Positions 49,059-59,163 of a DNA stretch of 64,000 bases are shown one piece after another. The stretch comes from an uncultured Desulfurococcales archaeon (GTDB taxonomy: Archaea; Thermoproteota; Thermoprotei_A; EX4484-217-1), in NCBI GenBank assembly GCA_964406965.1, contig CAYOTT010000001.1, forward strand, positions 65,699-129,698, given 5' to 3'. Every line of letters begins with the position of its first letter. The first letter of the stretch is position 1. Made by a program: the position numbers and the translations under genes. A model generated the notes under the pieces. It was not told where the DNA came from and ran no database searches. It was given only the letters and a program-made list of their open reading frames with translations.

Positions 49059-50420
49059 CTATTTGCTTATTTTCGCTTTAAATTCACTATATATTTTTAA
49101 TAGTTCATTCTCCCATTTGGGTAAAAATCTTGGATTTTCAGGGTACCTATAGTAATGTTCTTTTACTTTATTCATATAGTCTGCTAAACTCCTAAGTTTC
49201 AAAAGTAGACTAGGTCGACTTACGAATTTTAATGCATTAACTATTTTCTCAGCAATACTTACTCTTAAGTTGCCTGTTGTGCTTATTTCTAGAAGTTCAA
49301 CGCCTGAAACAACTTTTTTCTTAATTATAAACGTCAAATCTTCATCACTAAGTTTTTGCAAAAATAATCTAAGAATATCGAGAGAAGCTTGCTTTGCTCC
49401 ATAATTCTCTATGTATAGTTTATTAGCAGGCCAAAGAGATTCTATTGTAATTTCCCCTTTTTCCAAAGATTCTATTGATGCCTTAGCTGCAGCCCAGGCT
49501 GAAATTAGCGATGAACCTATACCACCTCCATGTATTGGATTAGCTGTAAAAGCAGCATCTCCTATTGCAATGAAATTGGAGTAAACTAGGGTTCTAAGAG
49601 GGCGCCTCGTAGGTACAATACCTCCTCCAGCATGAATTAATCTTGAATTTCTAAATTCGCTTCTAGATAAAATGTATGTTCTAAAATTCTTTGCAGGACT
49701 AGGGTTACCAACACCTCCCTGAACACCTAATCCAACATTAACCTTATTTTTACCCTTAGGGAAAAACCACCAATAACCTCCGGGAGCTATTTTCGGTGAC
49801 AAATATATTCTAAGGTATTCTGGTCTTTCGATATTTGTACTTAAAATTCTTATTTCCCTATACGCTATTGCTGCATCTTCATAACTAAGTTTCTCAGACA
49901 CCCACCAGTTCTCAGGAAGCTTGTTTCTTATTACGGCCGCAGCTCCTGATGCATCAACAATTATTTTTCCTTCTAACACTCTGCTCCTCTTAGCTTTATC
50001 ATCATAAATTAGGATTCCTTTAACGAGGCCTTTTTCTAAAATAGGTTTTTTGGCAAAACTATTATCGTAAACAAGAACACCCCTAGAAATAGCCTCTTTT
50101 AAAAGTCTTTGTCCAAAATTCTTCCTATTTAGCTCATAGCCTTCGCCTTTAACCAATAAACTATGTTTCTCATTAGGTGCTATAATTTCTATACCTTTAA
50201 CAACATTTTCTACTTCATTACCTGAGGGCTCTTTAAGACCAAGCTTTTTAAAATACTCTTTACTTATTGCATCGCCACATACTTTCTCTCCTATTTTATC
50301 TAATGGCTTCATCTCAACTAAAGCTACTGAAAACCCCTTTTCCGCAACAAGTCGAGAGTAAAAAAGGCCTGCAATACCACCTCCAACAACTACAACATCA
50401 AAATTCTCATAACTTTCCAT
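49059..50420 (-). CDS. Geranylgeranyl reductase (digeranylgeranylglycerophospholipid reductase-type).
   Basis: FDVVVVGGGIAGL Rossmann motif; 453-aa GGR-family length. Confidence 0.85.
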   Translation of the reverse strand: MESYENFDVVVVGGGIAGLFYSRLVAEKGFSVALVEMKPLDKIGEKVCGDAISKEYFKKLGLKEPSGNEVENVVKGIEIIAPNEKHSLLVKGEGYELNRKNFGQRLLKEAISRGVLVYDNSFAKKPILEKGLVKGILIYDDKAKRSRVLEGKIIVDASGAAAVIRNKLPENWWVSEKLSYEDAAIAYREIRILSTNIERPEYLRIYLSPKIAPGGYWWFFPKGKNKVNVGLGVQGGVGNPSPAKNFRTYILSRSEFRNSRLIHAGGGIVPTRRPLRTLVYSNFIAIGDAAFTANPIHGGGIGSSLISAWAAAKASIESLEKGEITIESLWPANKLYIENYGAKQASLDILRLFLQKLSDEDLTFIIKKKVVSGVELLEISTTGNLRVSIAEKIVNALKFVSRPSLLLKLRSLADYMNKVKEHYYRYPENPRFLPKWENELLKIYSEFKAKISK

Positions 50421-50444
50421 AACATAGACACCTTTGAGAGCTTA

Positions 50445-50496
50445 TCACGAGCACCAGCTTTCATCATCTTTCAGACGCGGGTTCGACGCTCATCAA
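50445..50496 (-). ncRNA. Candidate C/D box sRNA (non-canonical D box).
   Basis: Minus strand: C TTGATGA, 15-nt spacer, D' CTGA, 3-nt spacer, C' ATGATGA, 12-nt guide, D-like GTGA. Confidence 0.35.
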
Positions 50497-50523
50497 GTTA
50501 TGTAGGTTACTCTATGCCCTTTC

Positions 50524-51939
50524 TTATACTTTTCCTCTAAATAGCATGTTTGCAGAGTAAACTATTGAAAGTAACTGTAAAGTGTACCAGAGTGTAACCG
50601 TAGCATAACCATAAATGTAAGATACTAGTATGGTCAAGAAAAAGAAAACAAGTAGAAAAGAGATTTCATAAACATGTTTCTCCATAGAAACCTTATGTAA
50701 CCCTTTAGGCGTTACATGCCATTTAAAAGGCAAATTAAGTAACCCCTTAATAACAGAAAAAGTAAGTAGCGGAGCCAACATGAAGGTTAAACCGGTGGTT
50801 CTTCCAAGAATTCTTAGGGTTCTAAAATACCCGACTTTTCCTTTAAAATACTTAGTGAAGATTAAAGCATAAGAACCTGAAACAATAAGCCAAAAACTAA
50901 ATGCATAGTTAAATATGTAGGATATAATGTTCCTTTCCGGCATGAAAGCTAATAGCAAAACAAGAATATTAAGCATTATGAGGAAGAATGGTGAAAGATA
51001 CTGTGAAAGATAGGTTAAGTTTTCAATTTTCTTAATAAAACCTATTTTAGATTTAAGAATCTTAGTAAAATACTCCCTTAAAAGCTGTGATGAACCATAA
51101 GCCCATCTTTCCTGCTGAATCTTATAAGCGTAAAAAGTTGAAGGCACTTCTAAGTATGTTGATACACTTTCACAAAAACACACTTTTAACCCTGAAACTA
51201 ACATTTTTAAACCTAGTTCAACATCTTCGAGCATAGATTTTTCATTGAATCCTCCGAGTTTAAAAAGAACATTTTTCTTGATGATAAATCCTGAGCCAGC
51301 GATACTACAGTATCCTAAGCTCATAAACCTTCTTTTAAAAAGGGTTTCAACAACAAATTTCTTAATGCACCCTAAAGCTTCACTTAGTAATGAAATGTCC
51401 GCGTTTGAAGGTTCCCACTTACTCATTACTGCGTCACATTTGCTCTCATGAGCCACTTTAACAAGTTTAAGTAGGTAGTCGCTGCTAAATCTAGAATCTG
51501 CATCTAAAACAACAATGTACTCCCCCTTAGAAAATTTCAGAGCATAATTTAATGCTCCAGCTTTGTATCCAACATTAACAGGTCTTCGAACAATAGATAA
51601 CTTAACCTTTTCGCCCCTTATTTTCTTAGATACGGCTTCTCTGATGACTTTAAAGTATTTTTCATCATCATCGCTTACTATGACGACTTCAAAACATTCC
51701 CTAGGATAATTTAGTTTTAAAATGTTGTCTACGAGGCCTAAGATGGTGTCTAAATTTTCATTACGTATAGGGACTATTATAGTAATTTTAGGATGAATCT
51801 TAGTAACGATGGTTGAAAAGTACAGTTTATGTCTCCATTTCGCTATGTAATATGTTATTTGAAGAAGTAAAGGTAAAAGTATGCCCGTCATTAACATTAG
51901 TACTACTACCATTATTAACGAGTACATTATAGTGCTCAT
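50524..51939 (-). CDS. Family 2 glycosyltransferase (processive type, QxxRW), integral membrane.
   Basis: VPIRNE, VLDADS and the QQERW motif; TM helices at both ends. Confidence 0.8.
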   Translation of the reverse strand: MSTIMYSLIMVVVLMLMTGILLPLLLQITYYIAKWRHKLYFSTIVTKIHPKITIIVPIRNENLDTILGLVDNILKLNYPRECFEVVIVSDDDEKYFKVIREAVSKKIRGEKVKLSIVRRPVNVGYKAGALNYALKFSKGEYIVVLDADSRFSSDYLLKLVKVAHESKCDAVMSKWEPSNADISLLSEALGCIKKFVVETLFKRRFMSLGYCSIAGSGFIIKKNVLFKLGGFNEKSMLEDVELGLKMLVSGLKVCFCESVSTYLEVPSTFYAYKIQQERWAYGSSQLLREYFTKILKSKIGFIKKIENLTYLSQYLSPFFLIMLNILVLLLAFMPERNIISYIFNYAFSFWLIVSGSYALIFTKYFKGKVGYFRTLRILGRTTGLTFMLAPLLTFSVIKGLLNLPFKWHVTPKGLHKVSMEKHVYEISFLLVFFFLTILVSYIYGYATVTLWYTLQLLSIVYSANMLFRGKV

Positions 51940-52190
51940 TTCAGCGCTTTCTCCCTATATTTAACTATTAAGAAGAACCATAGAAGAAGCCATAGAAGCG
52001 CAATAGTAGCTGATAATACTAATCTAATTAAACTAGCTACTAATTTCTCTAACGGGCTCTCTCCGGAGGGAAAATACATTATTAAACTATTTACAATATA
52101 TAGTACACTAAGCATGCCAAGCCAAGCGATAATCATTATTAAAGCTACTGGAATAACAGCCTTTATTATCCTAATAAATCTCATATGCAT
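51936..52190 (-). CDS. Small membrane protein co-transcribed with the GT2 gene.
   Basis: Two TM helices; 4-bp overlap with the GT2 start. Confidence 0.4.
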   Translation of the reverse strand: MHMRFIRIIKAVIPVALIMIIAWLGMLSVLYIVNSLIMYFPSGESPLEKLVASLIRLVLSATIALLWLLLWFFLIVKYREKALK

Positions 52191-53005
52191 AGCCCTTTAA
52201 ACTCAGTACTACATCTATTTTTGAAGCTTAAAGAATCATTATACATGAAAATATTGTTAAACATAACATATACTATATTAGCGCCTTTTTCAATGTAGTT
52301 TCTTATTTTTAAGATTAGGAAGTTAAAGTCTTCTTCACAGTACCTATATTTATAATTTGGCCATTTTCCGTTTCTACCATGCAATCTCAAATAAACTATG
52401 TTGCCCACGTAGGCAGGATCTATAACGAATGGATCAACACAGTGAATAATTTCTGTTTTTAAAACTATAGCTTTAATGCTCTCCACTTTTTTAATCCAAT
52501 CCCCCCTAGGTTCCCAAGCAATTTCTACATTTCCTGCAATAGACTTAGCATTTCTAAAGAATTCAAGCGCATTTTTAATGTTAACGTCCGATACCTTAAA
52601 TGATGGAGGAGTTTGAACAACTATAATAGTTGACTTTAAAATTTCCGCTATTTCAACCATTTTTTCCCATGCCTTAAAATTCTCTGGAGTCGGTTTAAGA
52701 AAACCATAATTTTCACTTTTCTCTACCTTTATTCCTGCTTTTCTCCATGTAGGGCTCTTAGGAGAATGCGTAATTAGCTGCCAAGCCTTAATTGTGAATT
52801 CAAAAGTTCCTGGAGCTTCGTTACGCCATCTTCTCAACGTTTTTATAGAGGGAGGCTTGTAGAATGTCTGCTGAATCTCAACTATATTATGTGTTTTAAA
52901 ATATTTGCTTCTAGAAACTGGAAAGCCACAGCATCCAACCTTTACTCCCAATTCAGTCACCATAGCGTTCTCTAAATAAAATGCTACATTAAGTTTATTA
53001 AGCAT
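52181..53005 (-). CDS. DUF72 (YecE-like) family protein.
   Basis: VGCCGFP...VEIQQTFYKPP pattern resembling the DUF72 GTSGW...VE.N.TFY..P motif. Confidence 0.6.
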   Translation of the reverse strand: MLNKLNVAFYLENAMVTELGVKVGCCGFPVSRSKYFKTHNIVEIQQTFYKPPSIKTLRRWRNEAPGTFEFTIKAWQLITHSPKSPTWRKAGIKVEKSENYGFLKPTPENFKAWEKMVEIAEILKSTIIVVQTPPSFKVSDVNIKNALEFFRNAKSIAGNVEIAWEPRGDWIKKVESIKAIVLKTEIIHCVDPFVIDPAYVGNIVYLRLHGRNGKWPNYKYRYCEEDFNFLILKIRNYIEKGANIVYVMFNNIFMYNDSLSFKNRCSTEFKGLCI

Positions 53006-53064
53006 TTACCTAATGATTGCTATAATAGCTTGTATTCAGAAATCTGAGCACCCAAGAAAACAAG

Positions 53065-53715
53065 GTGTTCGAAATAGCAAGTAGTATTCCTGACTATTTT
53101 ACATGTCTTATGTGTGGAGACTGTTGCAGAGCAAGCCCTATATCGTTGCTTCCTCATGAGAAATTATTTATTGAAGAACTAGCGAAGAAATTAAATGTAA
53201 AAGTAGAATTCGCTAGAGGCTATACTGTCCATGACAGCTTAAGTAACATTAATATTGTTCTCACATATCACATGCAGCTTAATGATAAAGGGGAATGCCC
53301 ATTTTTAAGTAAAGATAATAAATGTAAAATACATCATGCATATAAACCATTAATTTGTAGAAGCTTCCCATATACTATAAAGAACGTTAACTACTATTTT
53401 GACCCTATAACGAAAGCAGCTATTCATAGAAGCGAATACACTATTTCAAGTGCTTGTAGATTTGTAAGGAAAAACATAGATAAATTAGAACTTAAATTAA
53501 GAAGCGAGGCCTTTGTTAAAAAATTCTTCAAGGAAGAGGTTAATGCAGGCTATTTAATGGAAAAATATAGGAGCATGTATATGGTGGCACTTACTTATCT
53601 TTGGAAAATGGGCCGCATATATTTAGTTTCAACCGAAAGAAAAGGCAGCATTTATATGAACGCATACACCTTCATAAGGCGATTTATACCGTACTTTGTA
53701 ATAGTTCCATATTAA
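53065..53715 (+). CDS. YkgJ-family (CxxCxxCC) putative Fe-S / zinc cluster protein.
   Basis: N-terminal CLMCGDCC motif. Confidence 0.6.
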   Translation: MFEIASSIPDYFTCLMCGDCCRASPISLLPHEKLFIEELAKKLNVKVEFARGYTVHDSLSNINIVLTYHMQLNDKGECPFLSKDNKCKIHHAYKPLICRSFPYTIKNVNYYFDPITKAAIHRSEYTISSACRFVRKNIDKLELKLRSEAFVKKFFKEEVNAGYLMEKYRSMYMVALTYLWKMGRIYLVSTERKGSIYMNAYTFIRRFIPYFVIVPY

Positions 53716-54413
53716 TTAAAATTCTTAATCCACAGAGGCCCTAATTCTAAGGCTTTCTCTATAATTACCTTGCCTTCATTTCTAACGTAGTCATGTCCGG
53801 TTAAAAGTAGTTCAAAATCATATGAAAGTATTTTTTCTAAACTTTTTCTCCATAATTTCTCATCAGAACTCCATTCCTTACATAATGGACCTAATGCATC
53901 ACCTATGATCATTATTTTTCTCCCATTAAGCTCGAAATAAATAGATAACGACCCTAAGGTATGTCCTGGCGTATGTATAAGCTCGAAACACACACCACTT
54001 ACTGATATAGTTTCAACACTTTTCCTTAAATTAACTGTTATTGGTGATGAATCATAGTGTAATCCATACTTTTTTGCTAAAGTCTTTTCCTCATCACCTA
54101 TACGTATATAAGTAGAGTCTGGTTCATGAGCTACTGTTTTTAAACCTACTCTATAGTATAGTTTACTAGCTCCACCAGAATGTCTCACATGACAATGAGT
54201 TAATATTACATACTCTATGTTTTTTGAGGGGATAATGCCTAGTTCTAGGATGTTTCTCAAAACATTTTTGTAACCTAATCCTGTACCTGAATCTATTAGA
54301 ACGCCTTTGCTTCTATTTCCTGATAATATTAAGTAGATATTAGCATCTAAGGGGTGGGAAAGTTGCTGGCCCCCTACCAAGTATATTCCACGGGATATTC
54401 CTATTATAGGCAA
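53712..54413 (-). CDS. Metallo-beta-lactamase-fold hydrolase.
   Basis: THCHVRHSGG (HxHxDH-type) and downstream His residues. Confidence 0.75.
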   Translation of the reverse strand: MPIIGISRGIYLVGGQQLSHPLDANIYLILSGNRSKGVLIDSGTGLGYKNVLRNILELGIIPSKNIEYVILTHCHVRHSGGASKLYYRVGLKTVAHEPDSTYIRIGDEEKTLAKKYGLHYDSSPITVNLRKSVETISVSGVCFELIHTPGHTLGSLSIYFELNGRKIMIIGDALGPLCKEWSSDEKLWRKSLEKILSYDFELLLTGHDYVRNEGKVIIEKALELGPLWIKNFN

Positions 54414-54427
54414 TTTTTAAAGTAACC

Positions 54428-54865
54428 CTATTTCTTCATAAGTTTTCTTATTTCCACATATTTTACTACAGGTATTTCATTAAGGACAATTTTTAGCTTA
54501 TTTGCCTCCCTTACTAAAGCCTTTGAGACATCAACTATTATTAAACACTCAGCAGTTTCACCCTTTTTTACTGTAGCACATCTGTTAGTTACCATGTCTA
54601 TTTTTAAGTTTGCAAGCTTCGTAGCTACTTTAGCTAAAGCTCCTGGCTCATCTTTTATTTCAACCTTTAGCTCTAAGAGCTCAGCTGATGGAGGAAGCAC
54701 AGGGGTAAGGATTATTTCCCTAGACTCTGTATCTGCAAGTAAAAGAACATACATCCCCTCTAAAAGACCTAAGGATTCCCTCATGACTAAAGGTATGGTT
54801 ATCCTTCCCTTACTATCTATTTTAGCTATTTCCGATATTTTCAACTTACAACACCCATTGACCAC
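54428..54865 (-). CDS. AbrB/SpoVT-like swapped-hairpin DNA-binding domain protein with a C-terminal regulatory domain.
   Basis: KIDSKGRITIP motif at the N-terminus. Confidence 0.45.
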   Translation of the reverse strand: MVNGCCKLKISEIAKIDSKGRITIPLVMRESLGLLEGMYVLLLADTESREIILTPVLPPSAELLELKVEIKDEPGALAKVATKLANLKIDMVTNRCATVKKGETAECLIIVDVSKALVREANKLKIVLNEIPVVKYVEIRKLMKK

Positions 54866-54938
54866 GAGTAAATTTAAATATTCAGCTTAGCGAGGACCTC
54901 ATCATTTTTATCTATTTGGCATAACTCTTCTCTAATAA

Positions 54939-55853
54939 TTACTTACTCCTAACGAATTTAATAACATATTCGCCTAAACCCACATTTAAGGAGGATGCTA
55001 TAACTGAACACTTAGCTCTAAGAATGAATACCATATTTTTCTTAAGTGGAAAATCTTCTGAAGCTAAATATTCATAATGAGCCATACCCTTAGATATTAT
55101 TAAATCAGCTTCCTCCACTACCTCACGGAGTTCTGGGTTTATTTCGTCTAAGAAAATAGTGGAAGCATCAGTACCTGTTTCTATTAATTTAACATTTTTT
55201 CCGATATCAGTAAACCTTAACTCCTTAGCTTCCCCATAAGTTATATCATTTTGGAAACTTCCTGACTTAGCCACAACATAAGTTACGGCATTTACGTAGT
55301 TTTTAGAAATAGCTCTAATGAGTTCCCTATCGAAAACAGCTTCACCTGCATTATCAAGCAAATAAATGATTGTTCTTACGCTTTTTAATGTTTCTAGAAG
55401 CTTATCAGTATCGTCTATTTTAAAAATAGCTTTCTTAACCTCGTTAAGAATATTTTCAGCATCAAATTCATAGCCTAAGACGCCGAAATCTATTGAATTC
55501 CCTATAGCAGCAAGTTTAATTAAAAACTTTATGTCGTCAAGATACTTCGAATTCAAGTCCTTAAGCGCTTTTTCAGCGAGAAAATTTGCTTCCCTCTTAA
55601 CTCTACTGTAAGGATCATTATTTTCAATAGTCTCTTTAAGACGCCTAAAAGTTAACGTAGCTATTTTAGTAATGTTAGCATCTTTTAACGCCTCATTAGC
55701 TACCAATGCAGCTAATTCACTTATCAGTTTAACTCTAATTCTCCTATCCCTAATAAAATTAGCAATCTCTCTAGCCCTAACATGCAGTATGCATGGGATA
55801 CATTGAGCATCTACAAAAATCATTACAAAAACCACCAAGAAAAAATAATTCAT
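54939..55853 (-). CDS. DUF89 (ARMT1-like damage-control phosphatase) family protein.
   Basis: DNAGE motif (LLDNAGEAVFD). Confidence 0.65.
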   Translation of the reverse strand: MNYFFLVVFVMIFVDAQCIPCILHVRAREIANFIRDRRIRVKLISELAALVANEALKDANITKIATLTFRRLKETIENNDPYSRVKREANFLAEKALKDLNSKYLDDIKFLIKLAAIGNSIDFGVLGYEFDAENILNEVKKAIFKIDDTDKLLETLKSVRTIIYLLDNAGEAVFDRELIRAISKNYVNAVTYVVAKSGSFQNDITYGEAKELRFTDIGKNVKLIETGTDASTIFLDEINPELREVVEEADLIISKGMAHYEYLASEDFPLKKNMVFILRAKCSVIASSLNVGLGEYVIKFVRSK

Positions 55854-56362
55854 TTACTCTTAAGTAGCTTAAGAAATTCTCTCATAAATGCCGGCAAATC
55901 AGGGGGATGCCTTGACGTTACTAAATATTCGTCAACAACAACTTCTCTATTTTCATAAAGACCTCCTGCAGCAATAATGTCGTCCCTTATACCTATGTAA
56001 GATGTTACTTTTTTGCCCTTAACAACACCAGCTGAAATAAGGACTTGAGGTCCATGACATATTGCAGCAATAGGTTTATTGTTTTCGAAGAAGTGTTTAA
56101 CAATGCTTATAACTTTAGGTATTATTCGTATTTTCTCAGGCGCTTTACCTCCCGGAATTATTAATCCATCATATTCCTCGGGGTTTACTTTGTTAAATGT
56201 TATGTCAACTCTCATTTCATACCCATGTTTACCTTTTATAACGCCTCTATTTTTTGATGCTACATGGACTTGGTATCCTTCTTCAATAAGTCTATAGTAA
56301 GGGTATAGTAGTTCTATATCCTCCACGTCATCGAATGATATTATTAATACCTTTTTACTCAA
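55850..56362 (-). CDS. pfpI: DJ-1/PfpI-family intracellular protease.
   Basis: AAICHGPQVL nucleophile elbow; about 170 aa. Confidence 0.85.
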   Translation of the reverse strand: MSKKVLIISFDDVEDIELLYPYYRLIEEGYQVHVASKNRGVIKGKHGYEMRVDITFNKVNPEEYDGLIIPGGKAPEKIRIIPKVISIVKHFFENNKPIAAICHGPQVLISAGVVKGKKVTSYIGIRDDIIAAGGLYENREVVVDEYLVTSRHPPDLPAFMREFLKLLKSK

Positions 56363-56398
56363 TAAATACTCGCCTCCTAATGGTTATTTATTTTGAGA

Positions 56399-56454
56399 TC
56401 AGTGTTTAGCCTGATCATCATCCCTTATAGGTCATTTCGTGGTCCTATCATCAA
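56399..56454 (-). ncRNA. Candidate C/D box sRNA in the Mrp 3' region.
   Basis: Minus strand: C TTGATGA (overlapping the Mrp stop), 13-nt guide, D'-like TGAC, C' ATGATGA, 12-nt guide, D CTGA. Confidence 0.4.
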
Positions 56455-57344
56455 CTCTCCTCTAACTTCTTAACTATTTTTTCAGCTATTTTAAGAATTT
56501 CCTTAGCGCCTTCTTCATTAGCGTAAGCTTTCACAAAAGGAATGCCTTTATCATTTGCTTCAGCTATCTTTGAACTTAACGGTATTTTGCCGAGAAGATC
56601 AACATTTAAGTGTTTAGCTAGGAATTCTCCACCGCCTTTACCGAAAACATAGTCTACATGACCACACTTAGGACATTTATAATAACTCATGTTTTCCACA
56701 ATACCTAAAATCGGGAGGTTAAGTTTCTTTGCGAAACCCGCAGCCCGTTTAACATCAAGTAAGGAAACTTCTGATGGAAGAGTTACTAAAATTATCCCTG
56801 AGGGATTAGGCATTTCTTGAGCAACACTTAAAGGTTCATCACCTGTACCTGGAGGTAAATCAACAATGAAATAATCAAGCTCTCCCCAATTAACTTCTCC
56901 TAACAACTGCCTTATAGCAGAAATTTTTAAAGGACCTCTCCATATAACAGGAGTTTCATCGTCTGGAAGCATGAAGTCTAATGACACTACCTTTATACCA
57001 TCCCTTGAAGTAACAGGTATTATTCCCTGAGGGCTTGCTAAAAGAGGAGTACCCCTTAAGCCGAGAATTTTAGGGATATCAGGGCCATGAAAGTCCGCGT
57101 CAAGTATCCCAACCTTCTTTCCAAACATAGTTAAGGCTACAGCTAGGTTTGCAGCGATAAAACTTTTTCCTACACCTCCCTTACCGCTACCTATAAGTAT
57201 TTTATACTTTATTTTCTTAAAGCGTCTAAGGATAAGTTCTTTCTGCTTCTCAATAAAACTTGGAACCCTAAGGTTTCTCAGCCCTTGTGAACTCATCATA
57301 AGTAACCTCTGTATTTCCTTAACAATGTTAGAAAAGACTTCCAT
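56451..57344 (-). CDS. Mrp/NBP35/ApbC-family Fe-S cluster carrier ATPase.
   Basis: GKGGVGKS P-loop; CPKCGH motif. Confidence 0.85.
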   Translation of the reverse strand: MEVFSNIVKEIQRLLMMSSQGLRNLRVPSFIEKQKELILRRFKKIKYKILIGSGKGGVGKSFIAANLAVALTMFGKKVGILDADFHGPDIPKILGLRGTPLLASPQGIIPVTSRDGIKVVSLDFMLPDDETPVIWRGPLKISAIRQLLGEVNWGELDYFIVDLPPGTGDEPLSVAQEMPNPSGIILVTLPSEVSLLDVKRAAGFAKKLNLPILGIVENMSYYKCPKCGHVDYVFGKGGGEFLAKHLNVDLLGKIPLSSKIAEANDKGIPFVKAYANEEGAKEILKIAEKIVKKLEES

Positions 57345-59103
57345 ATATAAAAACTATTGGTGTAGAAACTAAAATATACGAGGAAAAGTTCAAGGCAAAA
57401 AACAAGGAAACAGTTATTTTAAGATCTTTCACTATACCCTCTAAAACCCTATATCCTAAGGAACCTAAAATCTTAGTTTTAATGTTAACCCTAAAGTATT
57501 TTAGCTTACATTCACTTATGGAACTTAATGCTTTCTTAACAGCATCAACGGTTAATTTAAGAATTACACTCCTACACTTACTTGCTCCCACAGGAACATA
57601 TGTTTGCCCACCAAAATAACCCGTCTTTTCATGGTTATCTGTGGTAGTAATTTCAGCAAACACTATGTTCTCATTTAGTTTCCTAACTTCATCTTTCACA
57701 ATGTTTCTAAAATCCTCTAAAGCATTATTTCCATCATAAACTACAAGAACAGATATGCGATCATTATGTTCAAACGCTATTGCGTTTATTGCTGGCGAAC
57801 ATAAATCACGACATCCGATAAGTTCTGCATCCACTACCTCTGCTATACCTATCTTAAGGGATTTTTTGGACTCATCATTGAGAAATATTTTTGGTAATGC
57901 TTCTTCAATAAGCTTCCTATAATAGTTCATCTCTTTTGCAACATTTCTTATGCCTTCCGGCTTAGAATTATGAGCTTCAATTAAGAAAATATCCTTTAGC
58001 TTCTCGATTTTACGGATTTTTCTTTCTAATGCATCATTAAGGTATGTTGGTAAGTCATCAATACCGTTCTTAGAGTTATAAAGCAAAATTAAAGGAACTT
58101 TATCTAACCCTATTATATAAGCACATTGGTTATCTATGCATAAGTTAAATAAACCATGTATTTTTTCTATGGTGTCATAGCTGTTTGCCTTTAAAGTTCT
58201 CACTAACTCTTCAAGCGCCTCCTTAAGATAGCGTGAAGAAACTAAGTCCTTTTCATGAGTGGTTGTTGTGTGAAATATTGCCACAGGTACATTTCCGTAA
58301 ATTTTCTTTAATGTATTACGTAGGTTTGCAATAACCTTGGAACTACCAACATTTCTGAAGGGACCCGCATGAATAGATGTTAATGCTATAACTCCCTTAA
58401 CATTTCCTGAACACTTATCAACTATGGTGAAAACTTTTACCCAAACTTCATCATTAACGGAGTTTTTCTCCAATACCTCCTCGAGAGGCTTCTTGTTATT
58501 TGCAAACCAAAGTTCCAAGAAAGCCTCTGAGAATTTAAGGGTAAAATCTCCCATTTTCGAATATTTTCTCAAAGTTAAAAAATAAAGTTCTCCCATAAGA
58601 GCTGATACCAAAGATCCTAAAGCAAGCAGCAATAATATAAGATCTTTAACGAAAACACTCACAAACACATAGTATGCTACTACAGGAATTGAAGCTTCAA
58701 TAATACTTTCTAAAACCTTACGCTTAGGCCTTATTAAAAGATAGTGAATAAAGGAATAACCACAATAAGTGATTAAGAATGGATATTTTAAACCAAAAAC
58801 AATAGCTAATAATGATTCAAAAAGTAGTAAGTGTAATAGAACAAAATTAAGCAGTACAAGAACTCTTCTTAAAAAATTTTTAGCTCTTAAAACACTTCTT
58901 TTAAGCATTATAAATGTTAAGATATTTGACGCTAATAAGGCAACAATAATTAAGTAAAAAACACTCTCTACATAACCCATAGAAGCTTTCAAAATGCATA
59001 ATAAAGTAAGTAAAAGGACATATGCAGCAATTAAGCTAGTAAGCTTAGGAGAAGTAAATACAAATCTAGAGTAATACTTTGATACATAAGCCTCAGTATC
59101 CAT
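57328..59103 (-). CDS. Large integral membrane protein of unknown function.
   Basis: Multiple N-terminal TM helices followed by a soluble domain. Confidence 0.4.
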   Translation of the reverse strand: MDTEAYVSKYYSRFVFTSPKLTSLIAAYVLLLTLLCILKASMGYVESVFYLIIVALLASNILTFIMLKRSVLRAKNFLRRVLVLLNFVLLHLLLFESLLAIVFGLKYPFLITYCGYSFIHYLLIRPKRKVLESIIEASIPVVAYYVFVSVFVKDLILLLLALGSLVSALMGELYFLTLRKYSKMGDFTLKFSEAFLELWFANNKKPLEEVLEKNSVNDEVWVKVFTIVDKCSGNVKGVIALTSIHAGPFRNVGSSKVIANLRNTLKKIYGNVPVAIFHTTTTHEKDLVSSRYLKEALEELVRTLKANSYDTIEKIHGLFNLCIDNQCAYIIGLDKVPLILLYNSKNGIDDLPTYLNDALERKIRKIEKLKDIFLIEAHNSKPEGIRNVAKEMNYYRKLIEEALPKIFLNDESKKSLKIGIAEVVDAELIGCRDLCSPAINAIAFEHNDRISVLVVYDGNNALEDFRNIVKDEVRKLNENIVFAEITTTDNHEKTGYFGGQTYVPVGASKCRSVILKLTVDAVKKALSSISECKLKYFRVNIKTKILGSLGYRVLEGIVKDLKITVSLFFALNFSSYILVSTPIVFIYGSLF

Positions 59104-59163
59104 TACTTCTTATCCTCAAATATATTGGAGATTGTAATGTTGTAACATTAATTTAAGAAAAAC

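Noticed and set aside
50470-50490. GACGCGGGTTCGACGC as a tRNA T-arm
   Set aside because: There is no complementary T-stem 3' strand and no surrounding cloverleaf elements. The same bases are better explained as the guide/D' region of the candidate C/D sRNA.
54866-54938. Minus-strand AATGATGA followed 13 nt later by CTGA between the AbrB-like and DUF89 genes, as a C/D sRNA
   Set aside because: Only a single C/D half is present (about 24 nt), with no C'/D' partner, so it is below threshold for an archaeal dual-guide sRNA.
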